A DNA stretch of 63,656 bases, filler included, from Welwitschia mirabilis (taxonomy: Eukaryota): NCBI GenBank assembly GCA_051453625.1. It is 5 parts of one record of this genome, joined end to end, with 100 filler letters (N's around TTAATTAATTAA, not from the genome) between each part and the next. Parts side by side here need not be neighbours in the genome. Positions count along the whole stretch, not along the records: positions 34,121 to 58,472 come from JBOZIK010000001.1; 4 more parts are not named here. The stretch is one strand, 5' to 3'. Under the pieces are notes generated by a model. That model saw nothing but the letters and a program-made list of their open reading frames with translations, had not been told where the DNA came from and searched no databases. Made by a program: the position numbers and the translations under genes. Numbering within the stretch: the stretch's first letter is position 1; each line of letters starts with the position of its first letter. This document shows, piece after piece, positions 48,050 through 58,572 of this stretch.

Positions 48050-51000
48050 AGTTGAGAATGAATTTAAATAATGGTAAAAGAAAGGACCTCCTCTTGAAGA
48101 GGGGCTTTCAAACTAAGTGCTTTTATCATGTTCAAGGTTTCATTAGGAAATGACTCATAAAGTTTTAACCTTTGTCTATTAACTTTTTGGATTTCTTTAG
48201 TGTTTAGATTGGAGATTTTAACTGAGCCAGTTAAGTGTAGTTTTTTAATAAGATAAGAACCTAACCATTTNNNNNNNNNNNNNNNNNNNNNNNNNNNNNN
48301 NNNNNNNNNNNNNNNNNNNNNNNNNTGGCTAGGTTTAAACTTTTTATGAATAATCTTTTTATCATGTCGAAACTTGGCTTAAGTCTTGTGAATAAGTTGA
48401 CAATGTAGGACATGAGTATGTTTTTCAACTAAGTGGTTGAGTTGAACTAAATGAATTTTGAGAATTCATTCAAGTTAACAAGGTTCAGTTGATGGGTGAA
48501 ATAATAAGAATTATAGTAAACATCAATTGGTAAAATACACACTTTCTTATACACAAGTTCATAGGATGAGAAACCTGAAGAGTTGAGTATGGTAAGCCCA
48601 AAGAACATCATTAAGTTTAGAGGACCAAGTATTCCTATTGACACAGACTAATTTTTAAAGCATTTTTTTGTTCTTTCTATTTACATTTTTAACTAGATTA
48701 TTGGTTTTAGGATGATAAGCATAAGTAACTCTATATTTAACACCAATGGATAGAAGAAGGTTTTGAAAGAGGTGATTAATGAAATGGGTTCCTTGATCAC
48801 TAATGATAATACGTGGAAATCCAAATTGTTAAAAAATATAAGTTCAAACAAAGTNNNNNNNNNNNNNNNNNNNNNNNNNNNNNNNNNNNNNNNNNNNNNN
48901 NNNNNNNNNNNNNNNNNNNNNNNNNNNNNNNNNNNNNNNNNNNNNNNNNNNNNNNNNNNNNNNNNNNNNNNNNNNNNNNNNNNNNNNNNNNNNNNNNNNN
49001 NNNNNNNNNNNNNNNNNNNNNNNNNNNNNNNNNNNNNNNNNNNNNNNNNNNNNNNNNNNNNNNNNNNNNNNNNNNNNNNNNNNNNNNNNNNNNNNNNNNN
49101 NNNNNNNNNNNNNNNNNNNNNNNNNNNNNNNNNNNNNNNNNNNNNNNNNNNNNNNNNNNNNNNNNNNNNNNNNNNNNNNNNNNNNNNNNNNNNNNNNNNN
49201 NNNNNNNNNNNNNNNNNNNNNNNNNNNNNNNNNNNNNNNNNNNNNNNNNNNNNNNNNNNNNNNNNNNNNNNNNNNNNNNNNNNNNNNNNNNNNNNNNNNN
49301 NNNNNNNNNNNNNNNNNNNNNNNNNNNNNNNNNNNNNNNNNNNNNNNNNNNNNNNNNNNNNNNNNNNNNNNNNNNNNNNNNNNNNNNNNNNNNNNNNNNN
49401 NNNNNNNNNNNNNNNNNNNNNNNNNNNNNNNNNNNNNNNNNNNNNNNNNNNNNNNNNNNNNNNNNNNNNNNNNNNNNNNNNNNNNNNNNNNNNNNNNNNN
49501 NNNNNNNNNNNAAAAAGAGTTAGCCAATAGAAACTAGAGTGAAGAATTTTCATGGTGGTATTTTGACCACTAAAGTGTTCCCCACAATCTCCACCATGGA
49601 AAATTTTTAAAATTTCTAAAGTTTCCCATTCATGCATACATTTATGCATAATTTAATCTTCGTAATGTCTATAAAGATATGGCTCATTCCACTCATAAAC
49701 ACTGATCCTATGAATAAAAGTTTTTCATTGATCATGGTTTTAATGCTGAGAAGTTTTCATAGTCACTAGATAATTGATGATGTCAGCATACCAAAGAGTG
49801 AGGTAAGAAGAAGAGATAGCATACATTTGTTTAATTGCAAAGAGTTGCTCATCAAGAAAGGAGTCATTAATAGTAATTTCATCAATGGAGCAAGTAAGTT
49901 AAGAAAGATGATGAGCCACACTATTATGTTTTCCAGCCTTATCAATGATGGTAAGATTAAATTCTTGCATTAAAAGGATCCATGTAATAAGTCTGGTACT
50001 CGAATCTTTCTTTGTCATAAGATAATGGATGGCTACGTGGTCCGTGTAGACATTGATGTGAAAACCAAAAAGATAGTATCAAAGATGGTCCAAGCAAAAG
50101 ATGATAGTAAAAATTTCTCTCTCAGTGGTAGTGTAGTTGATTTGGATACCTATCAATGTTTTTCTAAGATAAGATATGACTTTGAATCCATTCTCATATT
50201 CTTGACTGAGAGCCCTTCTTACAACAATTTTTCTTGTGTCACACATAAGTTTAAAGTCTTTGTTCCAATTAGGATCCATGACAATAGGTTAAGAAGAGAT
50301 TTTATCCCTAAGAGTTTCACAACCAAATTGGCATAAACCAAATCACTTAAATTTGACATCTTTTTCAAGCAGAGAGTAGAGAGATTTACAAGTTTAGCAT
50401 AGTCATGAATGAATCGGCGGCAAAAAGTAACATGTTCAAGGAAAGATCTAACTTGTTTGATATTTATTAGAGGGTTAAGATTTTTAATGATATCTACTTT
50501 TATAGAATCCATCCTAATCCCTTCTTTTAAAATGTGGTGACCCAAAAGAATTTCATGTTGAACAAGGAAGAAACTCTTTTTCCAACTCAAGTGTAACCCA
50601 ATTTCAATACATCGATTAAGGACTTTTTCTAATCTCAGCACTATTTTTTTGAAAGTATCCCCAAAGATGGAGTAATCATTCATAAAAATTTCTATAGAAT
50701 CTTCTATCATATTAGAAAATATTCCCATCATTTCTCATTGGAAAGTACCAGGGGCATTATAAAGTCCAAATGAAATTCGTTTGAAAGAAAATGTTCTAAA
50801 GGGAGATGTGAAGGTGGTTTTATCATAGTCTTCACTTGCTATACAAATTCGATTATATCCATTATATCTATCAAGAAAATAATAATAAACNNNNNNNNNN
50901 NNNNNNNNNNNNNNNNNNNNNNNNNNNNNNNNNNNNNNNNNNNNNNNNNNNNNNNNNNNNNNNNNNNNNNNNNNNNNNNNNNNNNNNNNNNNNNNNNNNN

Positions 51001-53263
51001 NNNNNNNNNNNNNNNNNNNNNNNNNNNNNNNNNNNNNNNNNNNNNNNNNNNNNNNNNNNNNNNNNNNNNNNNNNNNNNNNNNNNNNNNNNNNNNNNNNNN
51101 NNNNNNNNNNNNNNNNNNNNNNNNNNNNNNNNNNNNNNNNNNNNNNNNNNNNNNNNNNNNNNNNNNNNNNNNNNNNNNNNNNNNNNNNNNNNNNNNNNNN
51201 NNNNNNNNNNNNNNNNNNNNNNNNNNNNNNNNNNNNNNNNNNNNNNNNNNNNNNNNNNNNNNNNNNNNNNNNNNNNNNNNNNNNNNNNNNNNNNNNNNNN
51301 NNNNNNNNNNNNNNNNNNNNNNNNNNNNNNNNNNNNNNNNNNNNNNNNNNNNNNCTATACTCTTCAAAAAGATTTTCTATTGAGTGAAGATGTTAGGGGT
51401 TTCTTCTTCATCTTTGAAAATTTCATCCTCAGATTCAAGAGAGTCTATGTTAGTTGGGTCATCACACAAAGTTGGCTTATGTAGCATAATTAATCTCTCT
51501 TCTAAGGGTTGGTTTTATAAAAACAAAGTTGGTCTCAAGTCATCTTCAATGTTTAAATCAATTCCTATGTCTTTCTCAACAACATCAAATACTCTAATAG
51601 TAATTTCTTTATTGTCAAAGTGGTATCTCATCATTTCTGATCAAGTGTCAATGATACAATGAACTATAGTGAAAAAGGATCTTCTTAGAAGTAGTGGATA
51701 CCCTCCATTATTCTCTATTTCAATTATGACAACATCAATGGCATAAAAAGATTCCTCAATTTGGATGACTAGATCTTTGATGATTCCTAAAAGTTTCTTG
51801 ATTAAGGTGTCAGCTAGCTCTAGGATGATAGGTGTAGGTTAAACTGTACTTTCTAATCCAATTCTTTTACATATACAAAGAGGCATGATGTTTATACTTG
51901 CACCTATGTCAATCAAAGCCTTTCTAATTCTTTTGTTTCCCTCTAAGGNNNNNNNNNNCTTTGAATTTAGGACATTTTTTCATTACTAAGTTGGAAAGAG
52001 ATTAGGCGAGAAAGACTTTACTAGGAATGACATGTTTTTGCTTTCTTATCACTAAGTCCTTTCATGACTTAGAATATTTGGAGTTTTTTTGTATGAGTCT
52101 CCAAAAGGGAAGGTTGATGTTGCCTTCTTGCATTAAAGCTTTTAAGTATTTATTAAATGTGGGATTTATTTTTAATCTATTAAGCTAAGGAGTGAATGGT
52201 TTCTTCCCTTTATTATATTTGATGGAGGCTTTAGTAGATGATGTGGAAGGAAGGTTATAAGAGTCTAAGATTTCTACATCATCTTTCTCAATTGCTTTAT
52301 TTTATTTAGAAGTTGAAACCTCATAGGTAAGAGGTGTTATATCTTTTTTACTTCTTGTTACAATTTTTAAGTCTCTCCTAACTTCGTTTGGTTGGACATT
52401 AATTGGGAAGCAAGGGATCTTTGTGGTCTTTAGTTGATAAACATTATTTATTAAAGCACATTCAATAAATTCTCAATGTTGCTATTGGTTTTCTCTTATA
52501 CTTTTCTCATTTTCTTAATAGATTCTCTAAGGGAATCATTCAGATTTGTTGAGAACTTGGTTGCAAGTTGGAATTCTTAAATCTGTTCTCAAATGGTTTC
52601 CATTGAAGTTGCTTACTTAGTCTTTGTTGAAATAATGATTAATTCTTAAAGTTAGGAGTTCTTTGGTTGAAGGCACACACTCCCTCAAACATTCTTCCTT
52701 TACAAGTTGGTAATAAGGGATATTTTTTTATTGGATGGAAATTATCTTTACAAAGTTCACAATTAGAAGTTGAGGGTTCATTATTAACAACCTTTGCATC
52801 AACTATCATTTGAGTGTACTTCTCTAAAGTAATAGTAAAATATTTTATCAAATTAGTTGAATCCTCCCTTTCTTCTACCTTATCATGTTTTACCTCTTTT
52901 AGGTCTTTTAAAATTTGTTCTACAGTATGGTTTTTCTTAGTGGGCTTAGGCCAAGTTTGAGTTATTTCACTAGATTTTCTAGCACACTTCAAGTATCATC
53001 TAATCTTAAGTTCAACAAGTTGCCTTGAAAAGAAAAGTTTACAAGTTATTTGGTTGAAGCATTCAATCCACTACAAAATAATCTACTAGTTCTTCCTTAT
53101 GAAATTCATGAATAGGATTGGAATGACTATCAATTATAAAACATTCATAAGCATTTGCATAATCTTTTATGAGGTTGTTGTTGGAATTTGGTTACTTCTT
53201 TTCTTATTTTTCTCATAGTACTTTTACTCAAAAATGTTTGAATGAAAACTTCTTGCACTTGAC
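48050..53263 (-). pseudogene. gag-pol of element B, disrupted
   Basis: gag QVQEVFIQTF..KFQQQPHKRL and TVEQILKDLKEVK; protease ALIDIGA (~51900-51922); RT FLDRYNGYN..FGLYNAPGTFQ, IFMNDYSIFG..LLGHHI; RH KLMCDT..NYTTTEREI..VAHHLS; INT HGGDCGEHF..FYWLTLF, YHPKT, KWLGSY. Confidence 0.88.
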
Positions 53264-53387
53264 NNNNNNNNNNNNNNNNNNNNNNNNNNNNNNNNNNNNN
53301 NNNNNNNNNNNNNNNNNNNNNNNNNNNNNNNNNNNNNNNNNNNNNNNNNNNNNNNNNNNNNNNNNNNNNNNNNNNNNNNNNNNNNNG

Positions 53388-55483
53388 GCTTAGAGTTAGA
53401 GAATTGAAGACACTAGGCTTAGAGTTCATCCAAATGTCGTAATCCAATGAAGACACTAGGCTTAGAGTTAGAGAATTGATTTTGCTAATGTATTTTTAGT
53501 TTTTTTTGTATTTATAAAAATTGAAAGAAAATAACATAAGTAAATGCAATGATTAAATAAAAATGAAATTCAAGTGAATGGAAATGGAATGCGAATAAAA
53601 ATGGAAATGGAAATAGAAAAAGAAATGGAAATAAATCTTACTTAGATCCTAGTCTTCCTNNNNNNNNNNNNNNNNNNNNNNNNNNNNNNNNNNNNNNNNN
53701 NNNNNNNNNNNNNNNNNNNNNNNNNNNNNNNNNNNNNNNNNNNNNNNNNNNNNNNNNNNAATGAAGACACTAGGCTTAGAGTTAGAGAATTAATTTTGCC
53801 AATGTATTTTTAGTTTTTTTTATCTTTATAAAAATTGAAAGGAAATAACATAAGTAAATCTAATGATTAAATAAAAATGAAATTCAAGTGAATGAAAATG
53901 GAATTCAAATACAAATGGAAATGGAAATAGAAAAAGAAATGGAAATAAATCTTACTTAGATCCTAGTCTTCCTATCATAAAGACTATTTCTCTATAACTT
54001 ATATAAAATAAGAAGAGTATTTACTAGTTCTTAATCAGTATAAACTATGATATCTATCCAAGTAAGACTTAAAATGCAATATTAAGGGAAATAGGAAGCA
54101 ATGCAAATCTACTACTACTAATTAAGATCAACCTTAATAAAGGTTATCCTTATGATCTAAAAAAATCAAATCTTATCACTAACTATAACCAACTTAAATC
54201 ATAAGGGACATGAACAATATTGAAATGAAAGAGGAAATTGTATTAATCCAAATGGAAATTAGAACAACATCCACTCATAAATCAGAACAACATCCACTTA
54301 CAAATTANNNNNNNNNNNNNNNNNNNNNNNNNNNNNNNNNNNNNNNNNNNNNNNNNNNNNNNNNNNNNNNNNNNNNNNNNNNNNNNNNNNNNNNNNNNNN
54401 NNNNNNNTAAGGGAAATAGAAAGCAATGCAAATCTACTACTACTAATTAAGATCAACCTTAACAAAGGTTATCCTTATGATCTAAAAAAATCAAATCTTG
54501 TCACTAACTATGACCAACTTAAATCATAAGGGACATGAAAAATATTGAAATGAAAGAGGAAATTGTATTAATCCAAATGGAAATCAGAACAACATCCACT
54601 CATAAATCAAAACAACATTCACTTACAAATTAGAAGAAAAGCACCTCAATGAGAGAGGCATAGCTTGACATCAAGGAGACTACTTTCTGCAGCACGGGAT
54701 GAATCTTTTGCTCTTTAATCCTCTGTTACAAGTAGGGGATATAAAAGATGGGATGGAAATAAAGGAGGAAAAAGGTATTTATAACTTTTTAATTGAGCAA
54801 TTTAGAGGAAAAACCCTAAAGAAAGGAAACAGAAACTCTAACGACTCACATGAGTCATTTGACCTCATTTACAATGAAATTTATTACAGCAGTAAAAAAG
54901 TTAGTTATTGTACTGTCTATCATCCACATGACAGAGGGGNNNNNNNNNNNNNNNNNNNNNNNNNNNNNNNNNNNNNNNNNNNNNNNNNNNNNNNNNNNNN
55001 NNNNNNNNNNNNNNNNNNNNNNNNNNNNNNNNNNNNNNNATTTGACCTCATTTACAATGAAATTTATTATAGCAGTAAAAAGTTAGTTATTGTCCTGTCT
55101 GTCATCCACACGACAGAGGGGATTATGCTACCTTAATGGCTTGGGTAGTATACCATGTGCTGCCTCAGCCCCATGGGTTGCCTGCGCATAGTCTCGATGC
55201 CATCATCCTGTATGTTGTCTAGATGACTATGGGGACGATGCCCTATCACTCTGTGCCTCATGTGCTACTGTTGGTACTACAGGCTTCTATTCATGTCAGT
55301 AGTATGGTCTTCCTAGGTGCTGTGGAAATGACTGTGGGGATGACAATCTTTTATTGCTCTTTTCTTCAAGGTAATTTAGTCTTTGCATCATAAAGTCCTT
55401 CTCTCAATTCTGCAGTATCAGAACTAGCTTGAGAAACTGTAAGAAATGCTAAGTATTATATGTTTTTCTAATCATCTTATCAA
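53388..55483 (-). repeat. 5' LTR sequence of Gypsy element B (fragmented, with gap-associated internal duplications)
   Basis: Collinear with 42880-44075 (gacactaggcttagagttagagaattgatttt..., gatcctagtct..., tgtcatccacacgacag..., catgtgctact...). Confidence 0.8.
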
Positions 55484-56226
55484 NNNNNNNNNNNNNNNNN
55501 NNNNNNNNNNNNNNNNNNNNNNNNNNNNNNNNNNNNNNNNNNNNNNNNNNNNNNNNNNNNNNNNNNNNNNNNNNNNNNNNNNNNNNNNNNNNNNNNNNNN
55601 NNNNNNNNNNNNNNNNNNNNNNNNNNNNNNNNNNNNNNNNNNNNNNNNNNNNNNNNNNNNNNNNNNNNNNNNNNNNNNNNNNNNNNNNNNNNNNNNNNNN
55701 NNNNNNNNNNNNNNNNNNNNNNNNNNNNNNNNNNNNNNNNNNNNNNNNNNNNNNNNNNNNNNNNNNNNNNNNNNNNNNNNNNNNNNNNNNNNNNNNNNNN
55801 NNNNNNNNNNNNNNNNNNNNNNNNNNNNNNNNNNNNNNNNNNNNNNNNNNNNNNNNNNNNNNNNNNNNNNNNNNNNNNNNNNNNNNNNNNNNNNNNNNNN
55901 NNNNNNNNNNNNNNNNNNNNNNNNNNNNNNNNNNNNNNNNNNNNNNNNNNNNNNNNNNNNNNNNNNNNNNNNNNNNNNNNNNNNNNNNNNNNNNNNNNNN
56001 NNNNNNNNNNNNNNNNNNNNNNNNNNNNNNNNNNNNNNNNNNNNNNNNNNNNNNNNNNNNNNNNNNNNNNNNNNNNNNNNNNNNNNNNNNNNNNNNNNNN
56101 NNNNNNNNNNNNNNNNNNNNNNNNNNNNNNNNNNNNNNNNNNNNNNNNNNNNNNNNNNNNNNNNNNNNNNNNNNNNNNNNNNNNNNNNNNNNNNNNNNNN
56201 NNNNNNNNNNNNNNNNNNNNNNNNNN

Positions 56227-56742
56227 CTTACCTTTAGCTGGGCATCATGATAAGGGCTCTTTCTCCAGAGCCTATCTAATGTATTTAGTAAAAACTTAGC
56301 ATTTTATTGATGCTCCTGCCATTATATTAAAGAATATGATCTCTCAGTTAGAGTATCATAGAAATAGAGCATTACCCTACTTTATGCTTATCATAATCTT
56401 GTGCCATCATTTTTGTGTAACCTTTCATCTGAAACTGGAAATCCTCTAGTGTATGGCATCCATTGAGCATGTAACCTTATCTCATATGTATATCTTTACT
56501 CCCTCTAAGAAATCCTCAAAGTCTCCCTCTTCAAAGAAAGCCTCTCTTAATGAGACTCTTTCATATCTAAGATGGATTAATTCCTATACCAGACACATGA
56601 AGGAAGCACTTATAGTAGCTAGATATGATATTGTTAATACCTCAACAGAGGCCACCAGCTCAGCATGCATAGAAGGTCATGAAGAAGATTCATAGGAAGA
56701 CTTTGAAGAAGAAGAAGAAGAAGAGGAGGAGAAGTCTAATTA
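56227..56742 (+). pseudogene. Sirevirus extra (env-like) ORF C-terminal part, Transposase_32-like, acidic tail
   Basis: LPLAGHHDKGSFSRAYLMYLVKT*HFIDAPAIILKNMISQLEYHRNRALPYFMLIIILCHHFCV, then an S/K-rich segment and EEEEEEEEEKSN*. Confidence 0.75.
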
Positions 56743-57448
56743 GAAACTTTAAATTATGTTTTGCTTTATGTTTGTGTTCTCTCTTTTGTCATTAATGTCA
56801 AGAGGGAAGAATTATTTCTTTATTATTAGATGTTTTTCTTATGATTTCAAATGTAGCATGCTCTTGATGAGTACCTTTATTTTGTAATGTTTAAATATGT
56901 TTAAAAGAAATCTACATGCACTTTCTATTATTTCTAAATTGTTTTCAATTGGTATTTTAAATATTTTTGTACTTATGCAAATCATATGTGCTTAACATAT
57001 TTTTCTATTGGTATCATATGTGCTTAACTTAAAATTTTAAAGTCTTCTAATGTTGGAAATACATTCTAAAATATGACAAATGATCAATATGTTAANNNNN
57101 NNNNNNNNNNNNNNNNNNNNNNNNNNNNNNNNNNNNNNNNNNNNNNNNNNNNNNNNNNNNNNNNNNNNNNNNNNNNNNNNNNNNNNNNNNNNNNNACAAA
57201 TGATCAATATGTTAAAAAGTTTATATGATCACCTTATGCTTTTTATAAAATGTGTGCTCTTAATCCTTTAATTATACATATTAAATTTGTTCTATTTCAA
57301 GCATAAAATTTGATTAATAAAAATGTCTTAACTTGGTTTCAAAAAGTGTAATGTTTTATAATAGGCATTTTATAAGGTGGAGCTTTTCTAAGTCCTAAAT
57401 ATTTTTCACAACTAAGTATTGTTTTCCATCAATGTCAAATGGGGATAT

Positions 57449-58472
57449 TGTTAAATTGTGTTTTACTAATTAATATCAAACTAATGTTTTTTGTATAGTA
57501 AATTTTGTGTGTCTTATGCAAAAGATGTTAATTACTTGCAAGTCAAAAGAGGAAACCAAAACCATCGAATTCTAAGCACAAGAAACCTATCAATTCATTT
57601 ACCTTCTTGAAGGATCAACTGAACTTTCAAGGGGTCAACCACACTTGAAGCAAACAGATAAAATAAACTAAATCTAAAGTGATCGATTGGATTTCTGGTA
57701 GAGTTAATCGGATCTGTAACCTCGAGAACTAACGTCCTTAAACTAAATGGAAAGGGGCTGACTGGGCCTTTATGGGGTCGATAGGATTTGAGGATCTACT
57801 AAACAGTATCCCTGAACTAAATAATAAGGGATTGACCAGACCTATAATGGGGTTGACTGGATCTATAAACTAAGGAATAGTACTCCTGAACTGATTGTCA
57901 AGGGGTTGACTAGACCTATAATTAAACTGACCAGACTTGAGCACTTTATAGTTGATACTCGTAAGCCTATCATCATGAAGTCGACCTAAAGGAATCGACC
58001 AAACCTAATGCTAGAAATTGGAAAGATCTTTATCAAGATAAGCAGGTGACTAGATTTTATAGTAGGTGATTAGACTAGGATCGACCTAACTAAGATGGAG
58101 TTAATCGGACATGCAGCCATAAGAAATTGGGGTGATTAAAATTTTTACTCAGGTGACCTATGTAAGTCACGACACCAGATGGGACCTGCTGAACTTTTTA
58201 GTGATCGACTTGATGGAATGGAACTAAAATTTTTCATCCATTTTATATTTGTTATGTATCCATCAGATAGCCATTTTCTAGCCATTTACAATCGTTGGAA
58301 GTGCATTTCAAATGTTATAAACCCTAAATGCCTTCCAATATAAATAGCCAAGAGATAGAAAACCATAGGATCATTTTTGAAAGCATTTTCAATGTGTTAA
58401 TCTTTTGGATCTAAGGAACAAGCACTATAATCTTGTGATATTAACTGTTTTGTCTTGGCATTTGTACTTCTG
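57449..58472 (+). repeat. 3' LTR of the Sirevirus-like element (end lost in gap)
   Basis: TGTTAAATTGTGTTTTAC after PPT-like AATGGGGATAT; collinear with 35571-36600, including the repeat units and CCAATATAAATAGCC (~58334). Confidence 0.85.
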
Positions 58473-58572
58473 NNNNNNNNNNNNNNNNNNNNNNNNNNNN
58501 NNNNNNNNNNNNNNNNTTAATTAATTAANNNNNNNNNNNNNNNNNNNNNNNNNNNNNNNNNNNNNNNNNNNN

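Larger units (their letters stand above)
42761..56226 (-). mobile_element. Athila-like Ty3/Gypsy element B (minus strand), nested in the Sirevirus extra ORF; right end hidden in an N gap
   Basis: 3' LTR 42761-44179, pol and gag on the minus strand homologous to element A, 5' LTR sequence at 53388-55483. The Sirevirus ORF resumes at ~56227. Confidence 0.85.
35571..58472 (+). mobile_element. Sirevirus (SIRE/Maximus)-like Ty1/Copia element, non-autonomous (gag, protease, extra ORF; no INT/RT/RH seen), interrupted by Gypsy element B
   Basis: LTRs at 35571-37794 and 57449->58472; ATTCACCCCCTCTAG near the 5' LTR end; iMet PBS; SIRE-type gag start; multiple PPT-like boxes (56785-56810, 57373-57385, 57421-57448). 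Confidence 0.85.
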
